A stretch of 64,000 bases of DNA. Origin: an uncultured Planctomycetaceae bacterium. Lineage in GTDB: Bacteria > Planctomycetota > Planctomycetia > Planctomycetales > Planctomycetaceae. The number at the start of each line of letters is the position of its first letter. Positions within the stretch are counted from its first letter, which is position 1. The notes beneath the pieces were generated by a model. That model did no database searches. It saw only the letters and a list, made by a program, of their open reading frames with translations, and was not told where the DNA came from. The DNA lies in NCBI GenBank assembly GCA_963813715.1, contig CAWFAK010000012.1:128001-192000 (forward strand), in the 5' to 3' direction. The position numbers and the translations under genes were made by a program. This document shows, piece after piece, positions 53,216-64,000 of this stretch.

Positions 53216-54735
53216 GCGACGTCAAAGCCCCCAACACGGCCACGAACTATACGACCGTCGTCGGCCTCGAAGTCCACGTGCAGCTGTTGACGCGGACAAA
53301 GCTGTTCTGCGGCTGCGTCAACAAGTTCAACCCCACGCAGCCCAACGTGCAGACCTGCCCGGTCTGCCTCGGCTTGCCCGGCAGCCTGCCGGTGATGAAT
53401 CGCCACGCCTTTGAGCTGGCCCTCAAGACGGGGCTGGCCCTTAACTGCCACATCCCGCCGCTCACGAAGTGGGACCGCAAGCAGTACTACTATCCCGATT
53501 TGCCCAAGGGCTATCAGATCAGCCAGTACGATCTGCCCTTCAGCTCCGAGGGCTGGCTGGAGATTGTCGCCGATCCCAAGGCGCCTGAGACGCGGCGGAT
53601 CGGCATCATCCGCGCGCATCTGGAAGAAGACGCCGGCAAAAACTTTCACGACGAGACGGGCCGCGGCGGCGAGAGCCTGATCGATCTCAACCGCGCCGGG
53701 ACGCCCCTTCTCGAAATCGTCACCAAGCCCGACATTCGCTCCGCGGCCGAGGCGCACGCCTTTCTCGATGAGCTGAAGCTGCTGCTCACGTATTTGGAGG
53801 TCTCCGACTGCAACATGCAGGAGGGGAGCCTCCGATGCGACGCGAACGTAAACCTGCACATCACTTCCGATGGCGGCACGGTCGCCACGCCGATCGTCGA
53901 GATCAAAAACCTCAACAGTTTTCGCGGCGTCGAGCAGGCGATCGACTACGAGGCCCGGCGGCAGTTCGACGTCTGGCAGGAAACGGGCAAAAAGTTCGGC
54001 GAAGTGGCCAAAGAAACTCGCGGCTGGGACGCCGACCGGGGCGTCACCTTCGGCCAGCGAGGCAAGGAGGAGGCCTCGGACTACCGCTACTTCCCCGATC
54101 CCGATCTCGTGCCCGTCACGATCGCGGACAGCTGGCGCGAACAAATTCGCGCAGCCCTGAGCGAATTCCCCGCGGCAAAACGCCACCGCTTCGAGACGGC
54201 GCATCACCTCTCGCATTACGACGCCTCCGTGATCGTCGCCCAGGGTCGCACGTTTGCCGACTACTTCGAACGTGTGCTCGCGGCCTGCGGCGACGCCAAG
54301 CAGGCGGCCAACTGGGTCACACAGGACGTGCTTCGTGAAATGAAGGAGCGGCAACTCGCCATCGAGACATTCCCGCTCTCGGCCGACGTCCTGGGTGCAC
54401 TCTTGCAACGAATCGTCAGCCGCAAAATCACGGTCAACAGCGGCCGCATCGTCTTCGCCGCCCTGCTCGAGCAATCGGCGTCAGTAAAAACGATCGCCGT
54501 TGATGACGTCGACGCGATCATCGCCGAAAAATCACTGGCCATCACATCGGGAGCCGACGAACTCACGCCGATCGTCGACGCGGTGCTGGCGGCCAACGCC
54601 AAGATCGTCGCCGACGTCAAAGGCGGCAAGCAACAGGCAATCGGCGCTCTGATCGGCCAGGTGATGAAGCAGACCAAAGGAGCCGATCCGCAAGTCGTCC
54701 GCGAGCTGCTGCAACAGCGGATCGCGGCGCTCTGA
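53212..54735 (+). CDS. gatB: Asp/Glu-tRNA amidotransferase subunit B
   Basis: [38 protein letters not shown] and [10 protein letters not shown]. Confidence 0.96.
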   Translation: MSDVKAPNTATNYTTVVGLEVHVQLLTRTKLFCGCVNKFNPTQPNVQTCPVCLGLPGSLPVMNRHAFELALKTGLALNCHIPPLTKWDRKQYYYPDLPKGYQISQYDLPFSSEGWLEIVADPKAPETRRIGIIRAHLEEDAGKNFHDETGRGGESLIDLNRAGTPLLEIVTKPDIRSAAEAHAFLDELKLLLTYLEVSDCNMQEGSLRCDANVNLHITSDGGTVATPIVEIKNLNSFRGVEQAIDYEARRQFDVWQETGKKFGEVAKETRGWDADRGVTFGQRGKEEASDYRYFPDPDLVPVTIADSWREQIRAALSEFPAAKRHRFETAHHLSHYDASVIVAQGRTFADYFERVLAACGDAKQAANWVTQDVLREMKERQLAIETFPLSADVLGALLQRIVSRKITVNSGRIVFAALLEQSASVKTIAVDDVDAIIAEKSLAITSGADELTPIVDAVLAANAKIVADVKGGKQQAIGALIGQVMKQTKGADPQVVRELLQQRIAAL

Positions 54736-54762
54736 GCGTACGAATCCACCGCCGACCCGCCC

Positions 54763-54791
54763 GGCGAGCGTCGGGTGTCAGCCCGACGGTT
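54763..54791 (+). repeat. REP-like palindrome, same family as 26289
   Basis: GGCGAGCGTCGGGTGTCAGCCCGACGGTT. Confidence 0.8.
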
Positions 54792-54819
54792 CCTCAATTT
54801 CGGCAGAGCGAGAGCGTCG

Positions 54820-55742
54820 ATGACGGATGCTGTTCTCGAAATTCAGCGAACCGAGTATGCCACACAGGTTCGCACCGACGGTTTTGCCGTCTTTCCGCAG
54901 TTGCTTTCTGGCGCCGAAGTCGAGCCCTAAGGCGGGCGATCGAAGCCATTCCCGATTGCGATGCCGTTCGGCGAAAACGCAACATGTACGGCGTTCGCAA
55001 TCTGCTGGATCTTTCTCCCGACGTCCGCCGATTGGCCGCGCTGCCCGAAGTCCGCCAGCTCGTGACGCCGATCATCGGCGGAGGGGCTTTCGCGGCGCGG
55101 GCGATTTTTTTCGACAAAGTGCCGGGAGCCAATTGGGCGCTCGGCTGGCATCAGGACAGCGTGATCGCCGTCGCCGAGCAGCAGGATGTTCCCGGCTTTT
55201 TGGCCTGGGGCCAGAAGGCGGGCGTCTGGCAGGTGCAGCCGCCTCCCGAAATCCTCGCCGCGATGGTGGCCGTCCGCATTCATTTGGACGATTGCGGGCC
55301 CGACAACGGGCCGTTGCGAGTGATCCCCGGCTCCCATCGCCACGGTTGGTTGGATAACGAGATCAGCCGCTGGAAAGAAACGGTCGGGCCGGTGACGTGC
55401 CTCGCGCGGGCCGGCGGCGCGGTCGTGATGTGCCCACTCATCCTCCACGCCTCCTCGAAAGCAGTCTCGCCCAACCATCGCCGCGTGATTCATATCGAGT
55501 ACGCGAGTGAAGAGTTGCCAGGCGGACTCGAGTGGCACCGGCGCATCAGTTGCGAACCGGTGAGCGCGGCTCGGCGCCTCCACTCCAAGAAGAGAAGCAC
55601 CCGCCAGCTCACGCAGGCGGCTCGCCGGTGTCACACTCGAACTGGCCGCATCCACCGCGAAAACAGCCCGGCGAGCGTCGGGCGTCAGCCCGATGGTGCT
55701 TTGTTCTGTCGTTCTACGCGCATTCGTGCGCGAGCCCGTTAA
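54820..55742 (+). CDS. Phytanoyl-CoA dioxygenase family (Fe/2OG) protein, frameshifted near 54925; 3' end uncertain
   Basis: DGFAVFP, FDKVPGANW..GWHQD, IHLDDC..NGPLRVIPGSH, LILHASS and RRVIHIEY. Confidence 0.82.
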
Positions 55743-55781
55743 AGAAAATCAGAACCGGCCGGCTTACACCGGCCGCTCGCC
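55599..55781. repeat. Cluster of three REP-like palindromes (55599-55626 minus, 55670-55697 plus, 55753-55781 minus)
   Basis: Each has the GGCGAG head followed by a GC-rich stem with a YGT[C/A/G]AG centre. Confidence 0.7.
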
Positions 55782-57992
55782 TTGGACGCGGCGCGTTGTC
55801 AGGAGGATAAGCGCGGCACCGACCGCCGTGCCGATGGTCGCGGTGACGAGCCAGCTGGTCGGTAGGCCGGCCGACTGGATGTCGGTGGTTTCGTTGAGGC
55901 CCCAGCCCCAGTCGATCAGCTGCTTTTGAAAGTGGGCCGCGACGAGCAAGAGCGAATTGTGGATCGCGTGCAGCAGCATGCCGGGCAGAGCGCTGCCGCA
56001 GCGGACGCAGAGCCAGCCGAGTACCAGACCCAGCGCCGTACTCGGGACCAGCCGCTCGAAGTGCAAACGATCGGTCGCCACGAGGTGGAACAGGCCGAAC
56101 AGAATGCTCGACAACAGCACGGCCCGCGTCGCCGACATCGAGTTACGTAAGGCCGATAACAGGTAGCCGCGGAAGAAAAACTCCTCGCAGACCGCGGGCA
56201 CGACACCCAGCGTCACGACGAGCAGCGCGGGCGAAACGTGTTGAATCTGGCCCAGCAGCTCTTTGGCGGCCGCCATCGTCCGCGGGTCGAATTCGATCAC
56301 TTCATACTGGCTCAGCCACACCAGGATTTCATGGGCGAACGGCCAGAGCGAAACACCCAGCACGATGGCGCCGACGAACGCCCCGACCGGCGCGGGCCCC
56401 AAGCGAAAGCCGCTCGTCAGGTCGACGCGGTTGAGCACGGCCAGCGCCAGCGGAATCTGCAGGAAGACGAGAATCGTCACGAGCGCGGCCAAGAGCAGCC
56501 GCCCGTCGAGCCCAACCAGCGTCGAGCGGCTCAGCAGGTTCGAAGCGAGAAAGAACGTCGGAAAGATGATCGCCAGGCACAAGAGACCGCTCGTCGGCGT
56601 CGGCGCGGCCGACACCCGTCGTGGTCGGCGGAACAGATCCGACCAGGTGCCGTGGCTGCCGTACAAAATGGCGTCCGTCCCAAAGATTTTCGCGGCAACG
56701 CCGATCGCCGCCAGCGCGAACAGCCCCGTGGACGTCACCACCCACAGCGCGGTGGCCGGCTCGGCCGTGTGCTGCAACAGGTCGCGGGCCAACAGCACGA
56801 TGTTGACGAGCGGCGTCACGGCCAGCGGTCCCTGCAGCTTGAGCCCCGGAATCATCGACAGCATGCCGGGCGCGATCGACGCCAGCATCAGCGGAATCAG
56901 GTACGCCTGGGCCTCCTTAAAGCTGCGGGCAAAGCTCGTCACCGCCAGGAGCACGGCCGAGAAAAACGCCGCGAAGAGCACGAGCAGCGCCATGATCTCC
57001 AGCAGCTCTTCGAGCGAGATGCCCTTGCGGCCGAAGAGCAGCGGCGTGAGGCCGATGCTGGCAATCGTGACCATCATCGCCGCCAGGTTGATGATGGCCG
57101 TCAGCAGGGCGACGATCACCACCGTCAGGTATTTGCCCAACAGGAGCTGCATTCGCGGCACCGGCGCGGCCACCAACATCTCGAGCGTGCCCCGCTCCCG
57201 CTCGCCGGCCGTGAGGTCGATAGCCGGATAAACGGCCCCGGTGATCGTCATCAAAATCAGAATCAGCGGGACGAGCGCAGAGAGGGAGTGCGAGGCCGAG
57301 GCGCTGGCCGACTCGCCCCCCGATTCGATCGGCACTGCCAGCACCTGCACGGGACTCAGCCGATTCGTGGCGCCGCTCTCCCGCAATCGCCGCTCGACGC
57401 TGTGCAGGTTCACCGCGGCCAGGCAGCGATCGGCCCAGTGGTAGGCGTCGCGGCTGGCCGACGACTGCGGATCGTAGATCAGCTCATAGTCAATGGCCCG
57501 CTCCCCCTGCTTGTTCTTGCGATCGGCTGAGGGGACCGGCGACAGCTTGTGGACCCGCACGCCGACGTCGACGCGGCCGTCCAGTACCGACTGCCGCACA
57601 TCGTTGACCACCTCGTAATTGAGCGGTATGGCTGGCTGCTTGGAATTGGGCTGTAAGGCGGTGCGGTCCTGCGGCCGCGGGCCCAGGATCGCGCTGCCCC
57701 GCAACAGGTATTGGCCGAACTCCTGCGCCTCCGCATCGCTGACAAAGCCGAGCACCGGATCGCTGTGGCCTGAAACCGTCTTCATGCTCGACATCAAGAA
57801 TCGCTCGAAGGCGACGCTCAATAGCGGATAGACGAGCAGCGGCATCAGGATCAGCGTGGCAATCGTCCGGCGATCGCGGAGCGTCTCCCGCAGCTCTTTG
57901 AGCATCAACCGCAAAAAGAGCGGCGACTGCCGCCGCGGCGGGCGCGGAGCATTCGCTGTTGCTGAGTTTCCCGTGGCATCGGGACCGCTCAT
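55764..57992 (-). CDS. ABC permease (NatB-like) fused to a CPBP/Abi intramembrane metalloprotease
   Basis: [36 protein letters not shown]-terminal EEFFFRG, FGLFH and LHAIHN CPBP motifs. Confidence 0.88.
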   Translation of the reverse strand: MSGPDATGNSATANAPRPPRRQSPLFLRLMLKELRETLRDRRTIATLILMPLLVYPLLSVAFERFLMSSMKTVSGHSDPVLGFVSDAEAQEFGQYLLRGSAILGPRPQDRTALQPNSKQPAIPLNYEVVNDVRQSVLDGRVDVGVRVHKLSPVPSADRKNKQGERAIDYELIYDPQSSASRDAYHWADRCLAAVNLHSVERRLRESGATNRLSPVQVLAVPIESGGESASASASHSLSALVPLILILMTITGAVYPAIDLTAGERERGTLEMLVAAPVPRMQLLLGKYLTVVIVALLTAIINLAAMMVTIASIGLTPLLFGRKGISLEELLEIMALLVLFAAFFSAVLLAVTSFARSFKEAQAYLIPLMLASIAPGMLSMIPGLKLQGPLAVTPLVNIVLLARDLLQHTAEPATALWVVTSTGLFALAAIGVAAKIFGTDAILYGSHGTWSDLFRRPRRVSAAPTPTSGLLCLAIIFPTFFLASNLLSRSTLVGLDGRLLLAALVTILVFLQIPLALAVLNRVDLTSGFRLGPAPVGAFVGAIVLGVSLWPFAHEILVWLSQYEVIEFDPRTMAAAKELLGQIQHVSPALLVVTLGVVPAVCEEFFFRGYLLSALRNSMSATRAVLLSSILFGLFHLVATDRLHFERLVPSTALGLVLGWLCVRCGSALPGMLLHAIHNSLLLVAAHFQKQLIDWGWGLNETTDIQSAGLPTSWLVTATIGTAVGAALILLTTRRVQGERPV

Positions 57993-58827
57993 GAGGACGA
58001 ACCTTCCGCGGTCCGGGTGTCGGCGCTCGGATTTGTTCCCGCCGTGGCGCCCCCGGTCGAAGAGCCCGTCAAGTTCGGCGACAGGCCGGCCCCCTGCCGA
58101 TGGCCCGTCATCTCCATAAACATTTCGACGATCGTGTCGCGGCCGCTCTTTTGCCGCAATTCTTCGAGGGTCCCTTCGAGCACGAAGCGGCCCCGATGCA
58201 TCAGGCCGAAGCGATCGCACAGGCGTTGGGCTTCGTCGAGCCGGTGCGTGGTCACAATCACCGCACGGCCCTCCCGCCGCAGCTGCGAAATGTAGTCGAA
58301 GATGGCCTGGCTGCCGAAAACGTCCAGTCCGCGCGTCGGCTCGTCCAACAGCATGATGGGCGGATCGTGAATCAGCGCCCGCGCAGGTGCACGCGCTGGC
58401 GCTGCCCGGTGCTCAACGTCGCGCAGCGCTGATCGAGGAACGGCCCCAGATCCATCAAGGGCGTTAACTCGGCCAAGCGCGTCTCGGCCCGCTCGCGCGA
58501 CATTCCGTACAAGTCCGCGAAGAACAAAAGCAACTCGCGGGCCGACAGCCACTGATAGAGCCCCGCGCTCGTGGAGACGAGGCCGACGCGGCGCTTCACT
58601 TCTTCCGGCGCCTCCGACGATCGCAGCCCTTCGACTTCGGCATAGCCGCTCGTCGGATTGAGCAGCCCCAGGATCATGCGGACGGTGGTGGTCTTGCCCG
58701 CGCCGTTGGGCCCCAACAGTCCATAAACCTCGCCCGCGCGCACGCAAAAGGTCAAATGATCGACGGCAACCAGTTCCTCCTGGTTGTTCGTGACAAAGAC
58801 CTTCGTCAGTTCATGGACCGAGATCAT
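57989..58827 (-). CDS. ABC transporter ATP-binding protein (NatA-like), frameshifted near 58383
   Basis: [28 protein letters not shown] and TTH. Confidence 0.9.
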
Positions 58828-59082
58828 GGCATCTCAGAAGGGATCGGCCGGCAGGTACAACAAACAACCCACTAAGCCCCCTCGTAAACGGGCTCGCGAC
58901 CACTTCGGAGGGCATTTCGGAGCGATGAACGACTAATACGGCGACCCATTTTCCGTGGCTTGCGCAGGTCTCCGCACGAGTTCACATCCAGTTCACAATT
59001 TCTTGATGCAGTAAGTCCAAAGAGCCACTAGGGATTGGGGTCGCGAGCCGGTTTCCGCGCAAAGTTTTCAGAAATCCGCGGC

Positions 59083-59172
59083 TTGACTTTTGGGCTCGGA
59101 ATTTTATAGTGGCCTTCCGCTCCACTCACAACATCTTGCGTATAATTGTTTTGATTCCCCAATAAATAGTGG
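59083..59172 (+). promoter_or_regulatory. Sigma70 promoter and tandem NrdR boxes upstream of nrdJ
   Basis: TTGACT-N16-TATAGT; boxes TCACAACATCTTGCGT (59126-59141) and CCCCAATAAATAGTGG (59157-59172), 31 bp apart, match acaCwAtATaTwGtgt. Confidence 0.8.
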
Positions 59173-59385
59173 TTCCGGGGAGGTGAAAACCACGAAAGAA
59201 TGTTAGTGGACTTTTGTATCCATTCGGCTATTCTGGGACGCATAATGAATTGCCGAGTGGCCAGGCCGTCCGCCTGATCGCGGCCCCATCTCTTCCGTCA
59301 GGCGAACGCCAAATTCGGTTAAGAACGGCCCGGTTAATCAACGGCACCGGGCACTCATCCAGGAAATCCTAGACCAGGAGTGTGC

Positions 59386-62300
59386 ATGATGCACGAAGCA
59401 AAGGGAATTGTGCAGGATCGCCTTTCACGTGGTCACGCCGGCAATAATTCGGGCAACACATCGAACAGCAACAGCTTGAATAGCAACGGTTTGAACAGCA
59501 ACAGTGCGAATCGGCAACGTAATGACGGCAGCACGGCGATGAAAGTGCCTGCTCAATTCTGTCCGGTCGATCAGGATCCCTTCGACACCGTCTCCTGGGA
59601 AAAACGCACCGCCCAGATCAAGGACGAATCGGGCGACGTCCTCTTCGAGCAAACCGACTGCGAAATCCCCGAGTCGTGGAGCGCCCTGGCGACCAACGTC
59701 GTCGTCAGCAAATACTTTTACGGCGAACCCGGCACGGCCGAACGCGAACAGAGCGCTCGCCAGTTGATCCACCGCGTCGCCCGCACGATTGCCGACTGGG
59801 GCACCGGTGACGGCTACTTCGCCACGCGCGAAGACGGCGAGAATTTCTACCGCGACCTCTCCTGGCTCTGCCTCCATCAGTACGGGTCGTTCAACTCGCC
59901 CGTTTGGTTCAACGTCGGCCTGTACCACGAGTACGGCATCAAGGGCTCGCGCGGCAATTATTACTGGGACGTGAAGCAGGGCAAAATCGACCGCCCCGAA
60001 ACGCCCTACGAGTATCCGCAAGCGTCTGCCTGCTTCATCCAGTCGGTCGAAGACAACATGGAAGACATCATGCGTCTCGCCACGAGCGAGGCCATGCTGT
60101 TCAAGTACGGCTCGGGCACCGGCACCGACCTCTCGACCATCCGCAGCGCCCGCGAAAAGCTAAGCGGCGGCGGCATCCCCTCGGGTCCCCTGTCCTTCAT
60201 GCGGGTCTACGATCAGATCGCGGCTGTCGTGAAGTCGGGCGGCAAAACCCGCCGCGCGGCCAAGATGCAGAGCCTGAAGGACTGGCATCCGGACGTCCTC
60301 GAGTTCATCCAGGCCAAGCGTAAAGAGGAGAGAAAGGCCCGCACGCTCATCGAGAGCGGCGAGTACGACTCCAACTTCAACGGCGAGGCCTACAGCTCGA
60401 TCATGTTCCAGAACGCGAACCTCTCCGTTCGCGTCTCCGACGAGTTCATGAACGCCGCGGTCGACGGCAAGAAGTGGAAGACCCACTGGGTCACCGATCC
60501 CAAGCACGCCGGCCCCGAGCACGACGCCAAGTACCTCCTGCGGCAAATCGCCGACGGGACCTGGTACTGCGGCGACCCGGGCGTGCAGTACGAGACGACC
60601 ATCAATCGCTGGCACACGTGCTCGAACACGGGGCCGATCAACGCGTCCAACCCCTGCTCCGAGTACATGTTCCTCGACGACACGGCCTGCAACCTCTCGA
60701 GCCTCAACCTCAAGAAGTTCCAGGAAGCGGACGGCCGCTTGAATGTCGAGCGGTTCCGCGCCGCGGCGGCCATCTTCATCACCGCCCAGGAGATTCTCGT
60801 CGATCACGCCAGCTATCCGACGCCGGCCATCGCCGAGAACAGCCATCGCTTCCGTCCGCTCGGACTGGGTTATGCCAACTTGGGCAGCTTGCTGATGTCG
60901 ATGGGCATTCCCTACGACAGCGACGAAGGTCGCGGCATCGCCGGGTCGCTCACCGCCCTCTTGAACGGCCAGGGCTTCCTCACTTCGAGCCGCATCTCCG
61001 CCCACCTGGGCCCGTTTGCCGGCTACGACGAGAACGAGCGGCCCATGCTCCGCGTGATGCAGATGCATCGCGACGCCGTCGATGAAATCGATCCGTCGTG
61101 TCCGGAGTACCTGTCGGAAGCGGCTCGCGAAGTCTGGGACGAGTGCCTGGCCAGCGGTCGTCGCCACGGCTATCGCAACGCCCAGGCCACGGTGCTGGCT
61201 CCCACCGGCACGATCGCCTTCATGATGGATTGCGACACGACGGGCATCGAGCCCGACATCGCCCTCGTGAAGTACAAGCAGCTTGCCGGCGGCGGCATGA
61301 TGAAGATCATCAACCGCACCGTGCCCAAGTCGCTGGCGACGCTGGGTTACGAGCCGGCCGAGATCGAGGCCATCGTCAAGTACATCGACGAGCACGACAC
61401 GATCGAAGGCGCCCCCGAGCTCCGCGACGAGCACCTGGCCGTCTTCGACTGTGCGTTCAAGCCCAAGAACGGCAAGCGGTCGATCGCCTGGCAGGCGCCA
61501 CGTCAAGATGATGGCGGCCGCCCAGCCGTTCCTCTCCGGTGCGATTTCCAAAACGGTCAACATGCCCGAGGAGTCGACCGTCGAGGACATCGAGAACGCC
61601 TACCTCGAAGGTTGGCGGCTCGGCCTCAAGGCGCTGGCCATCTATCGCGACGGCTCGAAGAAGAGCCAGCCGCTCAACACCAGCAAGGGAGCCGACAGCA
61701 AGAAAGGCGGGGCATTCCAGCCGACGCGCCGCCGTCTGCCGGCCACCCGCCAATCGCTGACGCACAAGTTCTCCGTCGGCGGACACGAGGGCTACATCAC
61801 CGTCGGCCTGTTCGAGGACGGTCAGCCCGGCGAGCTGTTCATCACCATGGCCAAGGAAGGCAGCACCATCGGCGGCCTGATGGACACCATCGGCACCGAA
61901 ACCTCGCTCGGCCTGCAGTACGGCGTGCCTCTGCGGGTGTTTGTCGACAAGTTCTCCCACACGCGGTTCGAGCCGTCCGGCTGGACCACCAACCAGGAGA
62001 TTCCGCACGCCAAGAGCGTGGTCGACTACATCTTCCGCTGGCTCGGCATCCAATTCATCCCCGGCTACCGCGAAGCCAACACGCCCAAACGCGAACCGGA
62101 GGCCGGAGCGGAATCCAAGTCGGACCCTAAGAACGGCCCGGTGGCAGGAGCCGCCGGTGCCGCAACCAAGAACGGGACCCACAAAGCCGAAACCACGCCG
62201 GCCGCCGTCGCGGGAGCGATCAAATCACTCGTCGCCCCGCACACCAACGGCAACGGCTCAAACGGCCACGCCGCGAACGGTAATGGGAGTGGAAACGGCA

Positions 62301-62490
62301 ACGGCAAACATCACCAGCTCGTCCTCCGAGTCTAGATGAGCCGGTGCTTGACGGCCCACCGATCCGCAGCCAGCAGTTCGCGACGTTCCAAGACGACGCC
62401 CCGGCCTGCGACAACTGCGGCGCCATCACCGTCCGCAACGGCAATTGCTATCTCTGCCACAACTGTGGAAACAGCATGGGATGTAGCTGA
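59386..62490 (+). CDS. nrdJ: Vitamin B12-dependent (class II) ribonucleotide reductase, frameshifted near 61497 and 62305
   Basis: [51 protein letters not shown], a TSCPD-like domain and a C-terminal [13 protein letters not shown] zinc ribbon. Confidence 0.95.
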
Positions 62491-62517
62491 CGGATCAGCA
62501 TCATCTCCTGCGGGATG

Positions 62518-62552
62518 GCACCCTGGTCTTCGGAGGGACCAGGGTGCTTTTT
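62518..62552 (+). terminator. Rho-independent terminator after nrdJ
   Basis: GCACCCTGGTC...GACCAGGGTGC stem followed by TTTTT. Confidence 0.8.
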
Positions 62553-62696
62553 ATCGCCCGGGCCGGCAGGTGGATCCATTGCCGGCGCCCGCGGGACGCG
62601 TCGATGCGTCGCCATTGCATGCTCAGAACGTGACGCCATATAAGCCTCGATTGTCTCGACCCGTTGGGCCTCCAGAACGACGCAATGCTGGCCCCA

Positions 62697-63373
62697 AGAT
62701 CCCAGGCCTGCGCTGCGCTCCGACCTGGGCTATAGAATCTCGCCCCGTTGGGGCTGAAGATGTGATGATCCAGGCAATCTGCCGGCTCCTCGTTTAGCCG
62801 CCATCATGGGGACAATAGCGTGCCGCAATCGTTGTCGAACGTCTTGGTGCACGTGATCTACAGCACCAAAAATCGCGAGCCCTTTCTGCGAAACGTCGCG
62901 TTGCGGCGTGAGCTTGAGGCGTATCTGGTTGGGACACTTCAACCATCGAATGCCCATCGCTGGGCCTGCGTGTCGTCGCGGACCATTTGCACGTTCTTTG
63001 CCGACTGTCGCGGACAGTGACAATCGCCAAGCTCGTCGAGCAGATGAAGATCGAATCGTCGAAGTGGATCAAGCGGCACAGCCGAGGAACGCCGGGCTTT
63101 CAATGGCAGCAAGGCTATGCCGCCTTCTCGGTAAGCGCGTCGAATTCCGGACGCGTAAAGCGGTACATCGAAAACCAAGACGCGCATCACCGCGTGAGGA
63201 CGTTCCAAGACGAATTGCGCGCTTTCCTGCGTCGTCACCAACTCGCGTTCGACGAGCGCTACGTGTGGGACTAATCGTGGTATGGTGTGCGAGCGGCGGG
63301 AACGGGATGTCTTCAGCCCCAACGGGGCGAGATTCTATAGCCCAGGTCGGAGCGCAGCGCAGGCCTGGGATCT
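62697..63373. mobile_element. REP-associated tyrosine (Y1 HUH) transposase unit bounded by a perfect 64-bp inverted repeat
   Basis: 62697-62760 is the exact reverse complement of 63310-63373; degenerate outer copies at ~62641-62671 and ~63401-63430. Confidence 0.8.
62820..63274 (+). CDS. tnpA: IS200/IS605-family TnpA / RAYT transposase, frameshifted near 62955
   Basis: MPQSL..VLVHVIYSTKNREP, DHLHVL (HUH), K.ESSKW, WQQGYAAFSVS and YIENQ (catalytic Tyr). Confidence 0.88.
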
Positions 63374-63588
63374 AAACGACGCCCCATTCCGTTGCCTCCG
63401 AAGCCCCAACGGGGCGAGACAACGATAGCCAACTCGCGTGTTGACCTCGTCCGGGGGCCGCGATTGGCGTTCACAGGCACCCCACAAAAACCAATCGTCT
63501 TCGTGGTGGCTTTCATCGCTTACGCACAGTAGGCTCGCTCCCGAGTGCCCCCGCGTTTGCGACCGGGATTCTGAGATCAGGAACTGTC

Positions 63589-64000
63589 ATGTCGCCTCCT
63601 CTCCTGCAGCGGTTGGTCCTCGTCACGACGGCGGTTCTCTGCTTTGCCTCGGCGTCGCTCTTCAATTCGCCGGCGCGGGGGGATGACGGGGCGAAATCGG
63701 CGCACGAAGCCGCCGTGCTCGATCGCATCTTTGCCAACTGGCAAGCGCGGCGCGATCGGGTGCGTTCGTTTCACTTCACCTATGACTGCCGAACCACCTA
63801 CCGCAAGGGAAAGTTGGACCTCTCCAGCGAGCCTCGCACGAAGCTCGATCATGATCAGTCGTTCGACCAATTCGGCATCCAGCTTTGGGTGGACGAAGAT
63901 CGCGTCTGTTTGCTCATGACGCCGAGCTTCAAGGTGCCGATCGCAAAGCCCACGGACACAAGTCGCGTCGTCGCCCGTTCCGTCACGGCTGGCGACACGT
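63589..64000 (+). CDS. Hypothetical secreted protein, partial
   Basis: Not in the ORF track. ATG 63589 after AGGA; signal peptide MSPPLLQRLVLVTTAVLCFASA; open to the window end. Confidence 0.65.
   Translation, partial: MSPPLLQRLVLVTTAVLCFASASLFNSPARGDDGAKSAHEAAVLDRIFANWQARRDRVRSFHFTYDCRTTYRKGKLDLSSEPRTKLDHDQSFDQFGIQLWVDEDRVCLLMTPSFKVPIAKPTDTSRVVARSVTAGDT

Noticed and set aside
59173..59385. Cobalamin riboswitch upstream of nrdJ
   Set aside because: No B12-box or conserved core seen; only a CGCCTGA/TCAGGCG stem. The NrdR boxes already explain regulation.

Overview
High-GC bacterial chromosome segment, most likely from a planctomycete (DUF1501 and DUF1080 genes, very long FliD, GatCAB, class II RNR). 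More than 20 genes are split by single-base indels, often at homopolymer runs and including rpmB, which points to an unpolished long-read assembly rather than real pseudogenes. In order, the window holds: a partial ppk2; DUF1501, DUF423 and a dipeptidase; an sdpR-sdpI-like pair; a flagellar block of three TPR-glycosyltransferase genes, a ~950-aa fliD, fliS and a methyltransferase, with sigma28-like promoters; a CNNM pair; an ABC permease; mtfA-like, aldolase and mqnD genes; an HtrA protease; an HD hydrolase; scpA-murG; a nucleotide-sugar trio; tRNA-Leu(CAA); DUF3050; a four-gene arylsulfotransferase + PAPS-sulfotransferase cassette; typA; an S41 protease and csrA divergent from a secreted Cys-pentapeptide-repeat protein across a sigma54-like control region; rpmB-gatCAB; a NatAB-like ABC pair; nrdJ with tandem NrdR boxes; and a REP-associated HUH transposase inside a perfect 64-bp inverted repeat. 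The best candidates for undescribed biology are the possible trans-membrane sulfate relay (38.5-41.9 kb), the csrA / Cys-rich protein module (46.7-50.6 kb) and the TPR-GT / giant FliD locus (5-17.5 kb). All three are inferences from motifs and gene context; none was checked against a database.
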